Positions 1-11,347 of a stretch of 64,000 nt of DNA are shown piece by piece. Source of the DNA: Somniosus microcephalus (taxonomy: Eukaryota); NCBI GenBank assembly GCA_052327205.1, contig CM126203.1, positions 341,620,001-341,684,000 of the forward strand, written 5' to 3'. The notes below the pieces were generated by a model. The model was not told the origin of the DNA, did no database searches, and saw only the letters and a list, made by a program, of their open reading frames with translations. Made by a program: the position numbers and the translations under genes. Each line of letters starts with the position of its first letter. Position 1 is the first letter of the stretch.

Positions 1-86
1 AGCTTATATACAGGTGTGGTCACTGCCGGTACTACAGTATACAGGAGCTGTAAAAGTAGTTCTGACTTAAAGGCACATACACTACA
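1..86 (-). repeat. 3' LTR of Gypsy A (partial)
   Basis: Matches 4914-4998 except for a 1-nt indel; abuts the PPT. Confidence 0.95.
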
Positions 87-172
87 ATTCCTCCCCTTTT
101 AGATTAGTAGTACCCCTAATATTCAAATAACAATTAACACTTTAACATGTACATTAAACAACAATAGTCCAT

Positions 173-2797
173 TTATAGATTCAGTCTTTGGGATGGCTTC
201 CTGACCCTTTCGGGATAGCGCCTTTCCAGAGGTTCTTGTTCTTGGTGCAGGGGCGATTCTGACCCCTTTTCATTGGGTAGTTCATCGGGTTCCACTGCTA
301 CTGGTTCTGAGGTAGATGCTACCGGTATGTCGGGTTCATCCCCAGGTACTCGAGACATGGGGTTGACGCGTTCCTGTGACGCTAAGATCTGATCGACGTG
401 GCGTCTAACAATGTTCTCCCCGACATCCACTGTGTACATTAATGGCCCCTGCCTTGTGCATATCATTCCGGGTTGCCATTTCTCTGTTCGATAGTCATGG
501 GCCAAGACTGGTTGCCCTACATTAAAGCTCCTTGTCGGCTTCTCATTGATGTGCTGGAATTGTTTGTCCTCAACATTTCTTCGCACATTTGGTCTGAGCA
601 AGTCCAGACGAGATCTCAACCTTCGGTTAAAGAACATCATGGCCGGGGTCTGGTTGGTAACTGCATGTGTCGCATTTCGGTAGGCTAATAATAAATTGTC
701 CATCTTATGCTGTAGTGGAATTTCATCATCGCACATGGCCTTTATCGCCTTCTTAAAGGTTTGTACGAACCTCTCAGCCAATCCATTTGTGGCTAGATGA
801 TACGGGACGGATGTGTAATGCCTTACCCCATTCCTTCTCATAAATTTTTGAAACTCGTCGGACACAAACTGTGGTCCATTATCAGAGCAAATCTGCTCTG
901 GCAAACCGTTTCTGGCAAATATGGTCCGTAGGACTGCAATCGTTTTCTCTGTAGTGGTTGAAGACATTTTTATCACCTCAGGCCACTTGGAATGAGCATC
1001 CACTGCTATTAAGAACATTGAGTCCATGAATGGACCAGCGAAATCAATATGCACCCGTTGCCATGGAGAGGAGGGCCACTCCCATGGGTGTAGAGGGGCA
1101 TGTGGTGGTGCATTTTGGACCCTCTGGCATCCCAAGCAGCTCTTAGTTAGGTCTTCGATTTGTTGATCGATTCCCGGCCACCACACATAAGCCCTAGCAA
1201 GGCTTTTCATTTTCACTCCCCCCAGATGACCTTTATGTAGCTCGTTTAGCACTCTCTCCCTTAACTTGGGTGGAATCACCACTCTGGATCCACACATCAC
1301 TGTCCCCTGGCATACTGACAGCTGTTCTCTTCTGGATGAGAATGCTGGCAACAGTAAGTCGCCATGTGTTGGCCATCCCCTCACCGTCAAATCATATACC
1401 CGAGACAGCGTCGGATCATTGCGGGTCTCCTTCTCTATATCCGCGTTCGTTACTGGCAATCGTTCAATTATTGACGAATAAAATATCTCGATAGGGTCCA
1501 CTGCTGGTGCTTCCTCCACAGTAGGTAGTGGCAGGCACGATAGCCCATCAGCGTTCCCATGCTGTTTCGTGCCTTTATATTCTATTTCATATTGATTCGC
1601 CCCTAGAAACAGGGACCATCTTTGTAACCGCTGTGCAGTCATCACTGGAACGCCCTTCTTAGGATTAAAGATGGAGACAAGTGGTTGGTGGTCAGTCAGC
1701 AAGGTGAACTTCTGCCCATGCAGATAGTGGTTGAATTTTTTTACTCCCCATACGAGGCTGAGGGCCTCCCTGTCAATCTGGGCGTAGTTGCGCTCGGCTG
1801 AGGTTAGTGACCGAGACGCAAAGGCTAATGGCCTCTCCAACCCGCCTGGGAATTTGTGCGACAGCACCGCTCCAATACCATAGGGTGATGCATCACATGC
1901 CAAACGAATTGGTAGTGCTGGGTTGAAATGGGCCAGCACCTCTTTTGATGTGATCAATTCTTTACACTTCTGGAAAGCTCGTCTACGTTCGTCACCCCAC
2001 TTCCATGGTACCCCTGTTTGCAGACGGGTGTTCAGTGGGTGTAATACCGTGGACAAATTTGGTAAGAACTTGTGGTAGTAGTTTACCAGCCCGAGGAACG
2101 ACCTCAGTTGTGACACATTTTCCGGTGCTGGAGCCTTGACTACTGCCTCAATCTTGTCAGGGGACTTATGTAACCCCTCTTCATCGATGACGTGGCCACA
2201 ATACGAGATCTGTTTCTGGAAAAACTCGCACTTGTGGCGATTAGCTCGTAGCCCATACTCCTTTAATCTGGTGAGCACCTTCTCCAATTTGGCGAGGTGA
2301 TCACCGTCATTTTCACCCGTGACCAAGATGTCGTCCAAATAACACTGGGTCCCTGGAATCCCTTGCAGGACCTGATCCATCGCCCTTTGCCAGATAGCCA
2401 GAGCCGAGGCTACTCCGAACACCAGCTGGTTGTATTGATAGAGACCTTTATGATTGTTAATCGTAAGGTATTGTTTCGAAGCTTCTTCTACCTCCATTTG
2501 CAAGTACGCCTGGGCTAGATCAATTTTGGTGAAGCGTTTACCACCAGATAGCGAGGCGAAAATATCCTCAATTCGTGGAAGCGGATATTGTACCGTGTGA
2601 AGGACTGGGTTCACTGTCACCTTAAAATCCCCACAGATGCGGACCTTCTTTGGTTCCCCAGGCATATTACTCAACGACCTCTTCATTACAGGAACGATGG
2701 GTGTAGCCCACTCGCTCCAGTCCACTTTGGACAGTACTCCTGAATGTTCCAACCCTTCCAGCTCTGCTTCAACAGCTAGTCTGATCGCATAAGGCAC
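173..2797 (-). CDS. pol: Gypsy A pol (RT-RNase H-integrase), open 874-aa portion
   Basis: Motifs WATPIVPV, YPLPRIED, YLDD, LACDAS..ERNYAQIDRE, H..H..C..C zinc finger, VHIDFAGP..SDNG..NGLAERFV. Confidence 0.95.
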   Translation of the reverse strand: MPYAIRLAVEAELEGLEHSGVLSKVDWSEWATPIVPVMKRSLSNMPGEPKKVRICGDFKVTVNPVLHTVQYPLPRIEDIFASLSGGKRFTKIDLAQAYLQMEVEEASKQYLTINNHKGLYQYNQLVFGVASALAIWQRAMDQVLQGIPGTQCYLDDILVTGENDGDHLAKLEKVLTRLKEYGLRANRHKCEFFQKQISYCGHVIDEEGLHKSPDKIEAVVKAPAPENVSQLRSFLGLVNYYHKFLPNLSTVLHPLNTRLQTGVPWKWGDERRRAFQKCKELITSKEVLAHFNPALPIRLACDASPYGIGAVLSHKFPGGLERPLAFASRSLTSAERNYAQIDREALSLVWGVKKFNHYLHGQKFTLLTDHQPLVSIFNPKKGVPVMTAQRLQRWSLFLGANQYEIEYKGTKQHGNADGLSCLPLPTVEEAPAVDPIEIFYSSIIERLPVTNADIEKETRNDPTLSRVYDLTVRGWPTHGDLLLPAFSSRREQLSVCQGTVMCGSRVVIPPKLRERVLNELHKGHLGGVKMKSLARAYVWWPGIDQQIEDLTKSCLGCQRVQNAPPHAPLHPWEWPSSPWQRVHIDFAGPFMDSMFLIAVDAHSKWPEVIKMSSTTTEKTIAVLRTIFARNGLPEQICSDNGPQFVSDEFQKFMRRNGVRHYTSVPYHLATNGLAERFVQTFKKAIKAMCDDEIPLQHKMDNLLLAYRNATHAVTNQTPAMMFFNRRLRSRLDLLRPNVRRNVEDKQFQHINEKPTRSFNVGQPVLAHDYRTEKWQPGMICTRQGPLMYTVDVGENIVRRHVDQILASQERVNPMSRVPGDEPDIPVASTSEPVAVEPDELPNEKGSESPLHQEQEPLERRYPERVRKPSQRLNL

Positions 2798-4119
2798 TGG
2801 CTGGCCTTAAGAAACTTTGGGCTTGCATTTTTCTCTATTTTAATCATTGCTGTTATGCCTTTTAGTGTTCCTAGTCCCTCCTGGAACACTTATTTTGCGT
2901 CAGTTAACATTTTTGACAGTCGTCCAGGTGTGACGTCATCATCCTTTTTGGCCTCAACCTTCAGTGCCTGTATGGAATGCCAATCTAATTGTATCTTCCG
3001 GATCAATTCACGTCCTAGCAGTGGTGGTCCTCCATCTGGCAATACATATATAACCATCTTAGGTATTTCCTGGCCTTTATATATCACTTTCACCCTTATT
3101 TTTCCTTTGGGGTAGACTTTTTGCCCCGTATACGTCTTCAAGACAATCTCTGTAGCTTTCAAGGGTATATGTGAAAATAGCCGCTTGTAGTCCCTTTGAT
3201 TTATGACTGTTAGGGCTGATCCTGTGTCCTATTCCATTTTCACTTGGACTCCGTCTATCTTGAGTGTAACCCAGATAGCCTGGTGATCCTCCATTTCGGT
3301 TACCTTATGTAGTTTCAGACAACCCAGCTCCTTGCTTCCGGAGTCTGTGTCAATTTTCTGTTCGTCTGAACCACTGTCCATCACCTGGTGTACCTTTTTG
3401 TACTTCTCCTGTGGAGATTTCTTACTGTTGGTTTTCTTCCCAGACCTGCAAACTCTTGCTATGTGTCCTGCTTTCCCACACTGTCTGCACACTTGGTCCT
3501 TGAACCAACAATCTTTCTGGTCATGTGTTGTTCTGCCGCAGCGATAGCACTTCCCTGTTCCATAGGACATTTCATTGGTGCCATATTTTTGCGGTCTCCG
3601 TTGTATCTCTGCAGCGCCCCTTGCGGCTGCTTCGTGTGATACTGCCATACTGAAAGCTTTGTCCAGCATAAGATCCTTTTCTGATAGAAGCCATTTCTGG
3701 GTTCCTTAACTTTGTAGCCCACACACAAACTTGTTCCTTAACATATCTGCTAGTCCCGCTCCAAACTGGCAGTGTTTTGATAGCTTGCGCAGTTCCGTTA
3801 GGTACTCAGCATTGCTTTTGTCTTTGTGTTGGTTCCTTTTATGGAACTTAAATCGTTCTGCTATCAGCAGCGGTGTGGGGTTTAAGTGGCCCTGTAGGAT
3901 TTCTACTATGCTTTCGAAATTCTTGTTCACCGGCTTCTCTGGGGTTATTAGATTTCGCAGTAACCCATAAGTTTTTGCACCCATGGGATTTAACAAAACC
4001 AGTGCTTTATTAGCATCTGGCACTTCATTCGCCCTGCAGTACACCTCAATGCGTTCCACATATGTCGCCCAATCTTCGACTTCATTGTCGAACGTAGAGA
4101 TACTGCCACTCTTCGGCAT
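2798..4119 (-). pseudogene. gag: Gypsy A gag-protease, disrupted
   Basis: ORFs 3706-4143, 3229-3669 and 2890-3162 share one frame and are separated by stops; 1-nt frameshift near 2805. Knuckles CYRCGRTTHDQKDC and CRQCGKAGHIARVC; protease site ME*DTGS. Confidence 0.9.
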
Positions 4120-4142
4120 CCCTGGGTGTGAGTTAACTGTCA

Positions 4143-4320
4143 AAAATGGCGTCTCCCGCGCTTCCCCTTCTTCTCAGCTGGCACAAAATGGCGTCTCCCG
4201 CGCTTTCCTTCCTTCCCGCGCTCGCCCTTCTTCTCCGCTGCGGTTTCTAAAAATGGCGTCTCCCAGGCTCTTCCTTCTTCTCCGTGGCTCAATGGCGTCT
4301 CCCGCACTCTCCCTTCTTCT
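4143..4320. repeat. Four imperfect ~45-60 bp repeats in the Gypsy A leader
   Basis: Core AATGGCGTCTCCC..CCTTCTTCTC recurs near 4143, 4186, 4250 and 4291. Confidence 0.85.
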
Positions 4321-4776
4321 CCCCGTGGACCCTGTTCAGCCCTTGAGCCCTGGCTGTGCTCTGCGCGTTCTTCTTTTTTTTTAAATTTTATTTATTTTTT
4401 CACGACGCCGCTCGGTCTTGAACCCGGCTGTTTCTTTACCCTCTCTCTCTCTCCGGTTTGTTTTCTTTTTCTCGACGCCACTTGGTGTTCAACCCCGGCT
4501 GCGCCCTGCGCGCTTCAACCTCTGTCTTACCCCGTCGACGCTGCTCGGCTTTCTCTCCGCCGTCGGTCGGCTCCAGCCACCGCTGCTCGGGAAGGGTCTG
4601 CGCTGGACCTGTCGTCAGTCTCTTGCTGATCGTCGTGGCTGGGGAACCAAGCCCGGCTCTCCACAGCCTCCCCTGCGATGTTCACTCTCTGCCTGACGAC
4701 TGGGCGGTTGCTCGTGGTCGACGCCCGTGCTCCTGGCCTCGACTTTTTTTTTGTTGCAGGTAGATTCGAATCGACA

Positions 4777-4786
4777 CTCGTCGCCA
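4777..4786 (-). promoter_or_regulatory. Primer-binding site, tRNA-Ser(GCU)-like
   Basis: Minus strand reads TGGCGACGAG 1 nt after the LTR, complementary to the 3' end of vertebrate tRNA-Ser(GCU) (..CTCGTCGCCA). Confidence 0.8.
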
Positions 4787-4787
4787 C

Positions 4788-4998
4788 TGTTAGATCCGTG
4801 ATTCTGAGGATATGCTGTTATTCAATAATCACACGGATGCTGTAAATTAACAATAAACAGGTCTTTACTGGAGGAGGGTAGTCTCAAGACTGGGGATACA
4901 GAGGCATGCGCAAAGCTTATATACAGGTGTGGTCACTGCCGGTACTACAGTATACAGGAGCTGTAAAGTAGTTCTGACTTAAAGGCACATACACTACA
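4788..4998 (-). repeat. 5' LTR of Gypsy A (211 bp)
   Basis: Minus strand runs TGTAGTGT..TCTAACA and contains a TATATAA box. Confidence 0.95.
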
Positions 4999-6014
4999 TC
5001 GCCCACATCTGAAGAACAACAAATAAAGGTACTGTTTGAATCTTCTCTTTATTTAATTGACACATCTAGGTTAAAGGCCAGCCAAGTCCTATAGTACAGG
5101 GGCTAAAACCAAGCTTCAAAAGAGTAGGTGAGAAGACTGGATAAACAAGAAAGTAGTGTTTACCCCGATATCCTGGTTCCTACTCTCTCTGATCTTTCTC
5201 ATGTTGTCTTCTTACATTTCTTTATCCCTGTTGGTTTTTCTTACCTGAATTTTATGGGCTTAGTGGGTTGGGAGGCCATCTCAGAGCTACTTAAGCTATT
5301 GGTGGATTTAGAAATTACCCACTAACGAGACAGCATTACTGAGAAAGCCTTTTCAAATTGTGAAATTGAAGTGGGAGAAATCATTGGCGTATGAAAAATG
5401 AACGCAAATGGAGACTGTAGGGGGTTATGTCCACCTAACTCGCTGGGCGAGAAACCCATGGGATCGAGTGGAACGATGATGGCTTTACACCCCACTCAGT
5501 GTTACCCTCCATTGACTTCAGCGGAAAGAAAAATCGGGCGGGATGCGAAATCAACGTTGTACCCGATCCCGTCAGTTTCCCGATGGTTAAGATTGCCCCT
5601 GTGTCTCTGTGCATTCACTTGCCGGACAGCTAGGGCTTATGGGCTGCATTTGGACTGCAGGCCATAGTTTGAACCCTGCTCCAGATTGTAGGAAGAATGG
5701 AAAACTAAGGGAGTGTCTTGTTACATGGAGACTACCTGCAGCTAGTTAGTGCCTTTATCATTGCTGCAGGTCACATTCCTGAGGAAAGAAAATAACACTA
5801 CCACCCATATAATAAACAATTATAATACTGATCAGTTCGATTAAATTAATTGCACTTTACATTTTACAGCTTGATAGACAGATTCCACAATGTTTGGATT
5901 CCAAGTACAAATCAAAGCGTCAGACTGTACAGCCTGTCAGGAGGGCTTAGAGAAATGTACTAACAGGGGGAGGTCTGGTTTGCAGGAGCCAAGTAATAAT
6001 GGAACTTGGGACAA

Positions 6015-6363
6015 TATTGGTGAAAGATTGGGGAATGCAGATGTTCAAAGGGACCTGGGTTTCCTTGTCCTTGTCCATGAATCACTGAAAGTGAATGTGC
6101 AGGTGCAGCAAGTCATTAGGAAGGCAAATGGTATGCTGGCCTTCATTACAAGAGGATTGGAGTACTGGAGTAAAGAAGTCTTACTCCAATTATATAGGGC
6201 CTTGGTGAGACCACACCTGGAGTACTGTGTAGAATTTTGGTCTCCTTCCCTAAGGAAGGATATACTTGCCATAGAGGGTGTGCAACGAAGGTTCATGAGA
6301 TTGATTCCTGGGATGGCGGGACTGTCGTATGAGAAGAGATTGAGTAAACTAGGCCTGTATTCT
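6015..6363 (+). mobile_element. CR1 LINE 3' fragment, left part (split by Gypsy B)
   Basis: ORF2 C-terminus RDLG..KANGMLAFI..LVRPHLEYC..LGLYS; continues at 10423. Confidence 0.9.
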
Positions 6364-6593
6364 TGTGATGAAATAACTGTGTTCTGATATTTGTACTTGT
6401 ACTTGTAATGTCTGGAATGTTCCACCGGGGGAAATCACTAATGCTCCTCCCTGGCCCCGCCCCTCTTCTGGTATGTTCTACCAAGGGCTCGGTCGATGAT
6501 GAACTCTGTTAACTCTGCCATGATTCTTACTTAATAAAAGCCTTCAGTCTTAAACTTTAACTTCACGGATTCGGGCAGTTATTTGGCACATCA
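6364..6593 (+). repeat. 5' LTR of Gypsy B (230 bp)
   Basis: TGTGATG..CACATCA; AATAAA at 6533-6538. Confidence 0.97.
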
Positions 6594-6620
6594 ATTTTAT
6601 TAAGTAACAACTTTTGGAAG

Positions 6621-9600
6621 ATGGATCGATTTTTGAAACCAGAGCGTCTGGATATCGATCCGCATTCGGCAGACGCGTCGAAGAAATTTACGCATTGGCT
6701 ACGATGTTTTGAACACTTCATCGCATCGTTCGATTCGCCGGTTAACAAGTTGGGTCTTCTAACCAACTTGGTAAGTCATCAAACTTACTCTATAATTGAA
6801 GATATTACTACATATGAAGAGGCCCTCGCAGCTCTTAAAGCCCAGTACCTTAAGTCGGTTAACGAAGTATACGCCAGGTATCTCCTGTCTACTCGCAGGC
6901 AGTTACCCGAGGAATCTCTGGACGATTTCCTGCAGGTCCTTAAGGCTTTGGCTAAGGGTTGCAACTACAAGGCTGTCTCTGCCATAGTGTATCAGGAAGA
7001 AGCCATCCGCGATTCTTTCGTATCTGGCCTCCGATCTAATTATATTAGACAGAGACTCCTCGAGAACGACTCGTTAGTTTTAAAAACGGTCGTCGCTGCT
7101 GCTCGATCGTTAGATGTAGCCCAGAAGAATTCAGAAGTGTATGCATCAGCCCATGCATCTCTCTCAGCCTCGTGTGTTCCGAGTATGGAGGCATCCATAA
7201 CACCAATGGAGCCCCCACTTAATCCTATTGTTGCGGCTGTGCCCCATGGGTCTAAGTGTTATTTTTGTGGCCAATCTAAACACCCCAGGCAAAGTTGCCC
7301 AGCCAGAGAGGCTACCTGTTTTAAATGTAAGAAACGGGGACATTTTAGTAAAGTGTGTAAGGGTAATCCTGTACCCGAGGTCTTCTCTGCTGCCGCCTAT
7401 CGTTTTACTTTAGCCTCGGCTACGGTTGACCAGACCATACCGTGTTCCTTGTCAAAATCTATGATGGACATCAAGATTAATGGTCGTCCTACTGGGTGTT
7501 TGATAGACTGTGGCAGTACTGAAAGTTTTATACACCCTAACCTTGTTAACTCCTGTTCATTGAAGGTGTATCCTACTCGAAGTGAAATTGTGATGGCGTC
7601 CAAATCCTTTACTTCGAAGGTAACTGGATATTGTAAAGTCACATATACTCCGTATCCTTAATGGTCAAAGGACTTTAAACTCCTCATATTACCTCAGTTG
7701 TGTGTGAACTTAATATTAGGCTTGGACTTCCAGTGTCAGCATGAGAGCGTTACCCTTAAGTATGGTGGATCTCAGCCTCCACTCACAGTCTGCGGCCTTT
7801 CTACTTTAAACGTAAGTCCGCCTTCTTTGTTTGCGAACCTTGCTCCTAATTGTAGACCTATAGCGACTAAGAGTCGACGGTATAGTTCAGAAGATAAAAC
7901 ATTTATAAAAGAGGAAGTGGAAAGGCTTCAACGGGAGGGAATCATCGAACACAGTGGTAGCCCGTGGCGTGCCCAGGTGGTGGTGGTTAAAACTAATGAG
8001 AAGAAAAGACTTGTGGTCGATTATAGCCAGACTATAAACTTGTATACCCAATTAGACGCCTATCCTTTGCCTCGTATTTCTGAGATGGTGAACCAGATAA
8101 CTCAGTACCGCGTGTTCTCCACCATTGATTTAAAGTCTGCCTACCATCAACTCCCCATCAAAATAGAAGACCGACCTTATACGGCCTTCGAAGCTAATGG
8201 GCGCCTGTACCAATTCCTTCGGGTGCCCTTTGGAGTGACGAATGGGGTATCCGTCTTCCAACGGGAGATGGATCGTATGGTGGATGAATACGTGTTGGAA
8301 GCAACATTCCTGTACCTGGACAATGTTACCATCTGTGGGCGTGACCAACGGGAGCATGATCAAAATCTCGCGAAGTTCCTAGAGACTGCAAAGAGGTTAA
8401 ACCTGACCTACAACGAAAACAAGTGTACCTTCAATACTACACGTTTGTGTATCCTTGGTTGCGTTGTGGAGAATGGGGTAATTGGGCCAGATCCTGAAAG
8501 ATTACGCTCACTTAAGGAATTACCTTTACCTCACACTGTAAAAGCTTTAAGAAGGTGTCTGGGATTCTTCTCGTACTATGCCCAGTGGGTGGCTAGCTAC
8601 TCAGATAAAGTCCGACCTCTTAGTAAGTCGACGTCTTTTCCGCTATCGGCGGAAGCTCAGGAGGCTTTCCTTAATATCAAACGGGACATTAAGAAGGCAG
8701 TGGTATGTGCTGTGGATGAGAAGATCCCTTTTCAAGTGGAAAGTGATGCATCTGATTTTGCGTTGGCAGCAACTCTTAACCAAGCTGGTAGACCAGTAGC
8801 TTTCTTCTCTCGTACATTGCAAGGACCAGAAGTTCGACATTCTTCAGTGGAAAAGGAGGCACAGGCGATCATCGAAGCAGTCAGGTATTGGAGACATTAT
8901 CTCGCTGGCCAACGTTTTACGCTCATTACTGACCAGCGATCCGTGGCCTTTATGTTCAACACTAAGCAGAGAGGCAAGATCAAAAATGATAAGATTTTAA
9001 GATGGCGAATAGAACTGTCAACATATGACTATAATATTCAGTACAGGCCTGGAGTATTTAATGAGCCATCGGATGCTTTGTCACGAGGAGTATGTGCTAG
9101 TCTAGGTGCAGATAAGCTTCAAAGTCTCCATGACGCACTCTGCCACCCTGGGGTTACCAGAATGAACCACTTCATTAAGTCCCACAATCTACCCTACTCT
9201 ATTGAGGAGGTCCGGACAATGACCAGAACCTGTCATGTTTGTGCTGAATGCAAACCCCGCTTCTATAAGCCGTCCGAGCCAGCTCATCTTATTAAAGCAA
9301 CTCGACCATTTGAGCGTTTGAGTCTCGATTTTAAAGGTCCCCTTCCATCGAGCGACCGTAATGTCTATTTTCTTAATATTATAGACGAGTACTCTCGGTT
9401 CCCTTTTGTTATCCCCTGTCCGGATGTGACTAGTGCTGTTGTAATTAAATGCCTCTGCCAACTGTTTTCCTTGTTCGGCATGCCTAACTATATACATAGT
9501 GATGGGGTTCTTCCTTTATGAGCGAAGAATTACGACAGTTTTTGCTATCGAAGGGGATTGCAACGAGTAGAACTACCAGCTATAACCCTCATGGTAATGG

Positions 9601-10177
9601 GCAGGTCGAGAAAGAAAATGCAACAGTGTGGAAGGCTATCGTACTGTCTCTGAAGTCACGAGGCCTGCCGACCTCTCGCTGGCAGGATGTCCTGCCAGAT
9701 GTGCTGCATTCCATAAGGTCTCTTTTGTGTACAGCGACGAATGCCACCCCTCATGAAAGGATGTTTAGTTTTCCTAGAAAAGCTACTAATGGAGTATCGT
9801 TACCCACATGGTTGGCGACCACGGGCCCTGTGTTGTTGCGCAGACATGTGAGAGGCCACAAGACTGATCCACTGGTGGAGGAAGTACAACTCCTCCATGC
9901 TAATCCCCAGTATGCGTATATTCAATATTCGGATGGGCGAGAGGATACGGTCTCTATTAAAGATCTTGCACCTGCTGGAGCTCGAAAAGAGTTCGACTCT
10001 GAGAGTAGAGTTTTCAATCATGGTATTGGGCCTTCAGAGACACAAACCCTCAGTGTGGAAAATACTGATGATTCTGGGAATTCGAATGAACCGGAGTTAG
10101 TACTCCGGGAGGAGCCTCAGCAAGAGTTACCTCATTCCCAGAGGATTATCAGACCTCCTGACAGACTGAATCTATAG
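6621..10177 (+). pseudogene. gag-pol: Gypsy B gag-pol with lesions near 7650 and 9503
   Basis: Two CCHC knuckles, protease LIDCGS, RT YLDN, RNase H ESDASD, integrase SLDFKGP..HSD..NGQVE. Stop at 7659-7661; 1-nt deletion in D(R)GSSF. Confidence 0.93.
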
Positions 10178-10188
10178 CAGGGGGTGAA

Positions 10189-10417
10189 TGTGATGAAATA
10201 ACTGTGTTCTGATATTTGTACTTGTACTTGTAATGTCTGGAATGTTCCACCGGGGGAATCACTAATGCTCCTCCCTGGCCCCGCCCCTCTTCTGGTATGT
10301 TCTACCAAGGGCTCGGTCGATGATGAACTCTGTTAACTCTGCCATGATTCTTACTTAATAAAAGCCTTCAGTCTTAAACTTTAACTTCACGGATTCGGGC
10401 AGTTATTTGGCACATCA
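10189..10417 (+). repeat. 3' LTR of Gypsy B (229 bp)
   Basis: Direct repeat of 6364-6593. Confidence 0.97.
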
Positions 10418-10422
10418 ATTCT

Positions 10423-10832
10423 CTTGAATTCAGAAGAATGAGAGGGGATCTCATTGAAGCATACAAAATTATTATAGGGCTTGATAGGGTGGATGCTGGG
10501 AGAATGTTTCCCTTGGCTGGGGAGTCTAGAACCGGGGCCACAGCCTCAGGATAAAGGGTAGTCCATTCAGGACTGAGATGAGAAGAAATTTCTTCACACA
10601 GAGGATGGTGAATCTTTGGAATTCTCTACCCCAGAGGGCTGTGGAGGCTCAGTCATTGGTTATATGCAAAACCAAAGTCAATAGATTTCTGACTAGTAAG
10701 GGCATCAAGGGATATGGCGATAGGGCTGGTGAATGGAGTTGAGGCAGAAGATCAGCCATGATCTCATTGAATGGCGGAGCAGGCTCGAAGGGCCGAATGG
10801 CCTATTCCTGCTCCTATTTTTTATGTTCTTAT
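10423..10832 (+). mobile_element. CR1 LINE 3' fragment, right part with 3' tail
   Basis: [12 protein letters not shown].. continues the frame from 6363; tail GGCTCGAAGGGCCGAATGGCCTATTCCTGCTCC. Confidence 0.9.
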
Positions 10833-11216
10833 TTTCTAATATCACAGATGCACAGGGTACCAAAGGATACTAGACAAGGGTTTCAGTTTGTGCAAGACCG
10901 TGGCAAGTTAACACTTTCTATTTTGGTTTGCATTATATTTAAGCTTGTGAGCAATTGTCACCTTGCTTGACTTAAACAGAATAATATCTCTGCACCCTCT
11001 CCTACAGCCAAGGGCAGATCGTCTGTCCCTACAGTCTTCAGACTTATCAGCCTTCCCACAGAACTTTGCTGCCTGACTACCTGTGCGTTGTCATTTCCCC
11101 AAAAACAGACGGCCTTTTCCTGTCTGTGTCTATTCTTTTAAAAGCCTCACTGCAGTGGCAGCTTTTTAGACAGAACTTACTACCACCTCCAAAAGCACAG
11201 TCCACCAGCCTAACTT

Positions 11217-11347
11217 GGTCCTGACAAAGAGTTTCGACCTGAAACGTTGACTCTATTTCTCTTTCCACGGATGCTGCCTGGCCTGCTGAGTTTTTCCAGC
11301 ATTTTCTGTTGTTATTTTGGATTTCCAGCATCCGCAGTATTTTGCTA
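11217..11347 (+). mobile_element. Penelope-like terminal repeat fragment with degenerate minimal hammerhead motif
   Basis: GGTC-CTGACAA-..TTCGACCT-GAAACGTT-GACT; near-identical to 58741-58870 and related to 17087-17265. Confidence 0.6.

Larger units (their letters stand above)
1..4998 (-). mobile_element. Ty3/Gypsy LTR retrotransposon A (Mag-like), 3' LTR cut by the window edge
   Basis: 5' LTR 4788-4998 (TG..CA) is repeated at 1-86. Minus-strand PBS TGGCGACGAG at 4777-4786 and PPT AAAAGGGGAGGAAT at 87-100. gag with two CCHC knuckles, then protease, RT, RNase H, integrase. Confidence 0.97.
6364..10417 (+). mobile_element. Ty3/Gypsy LTR retrotransposon B (no tRNA PBS; candidate self-primed)
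   Basis: LTRs 6364-6593 and 10189-10417 differ by one indel. 5-bp TSD ATTCT (6359-6363 / 10418-10422). PPT AGGGGGTGAA. Full gag-pol. Confidence 0.98.

Noticed and set aside
4527-4787. Extra upstream ORF in Gypsy A
   Set aside because: It starts at a GTG overlapping the PBS in a low-complexity GC-rich leader and shows no domain.
6615-6630. TGG in the Gypsy B leader as a tRNA PBS
   Set aside because: It lies 21 nt from the LTR, runs into the gag ATG, matches no tRNA 3' end I recognise, and has no counterpart in the leader of D.
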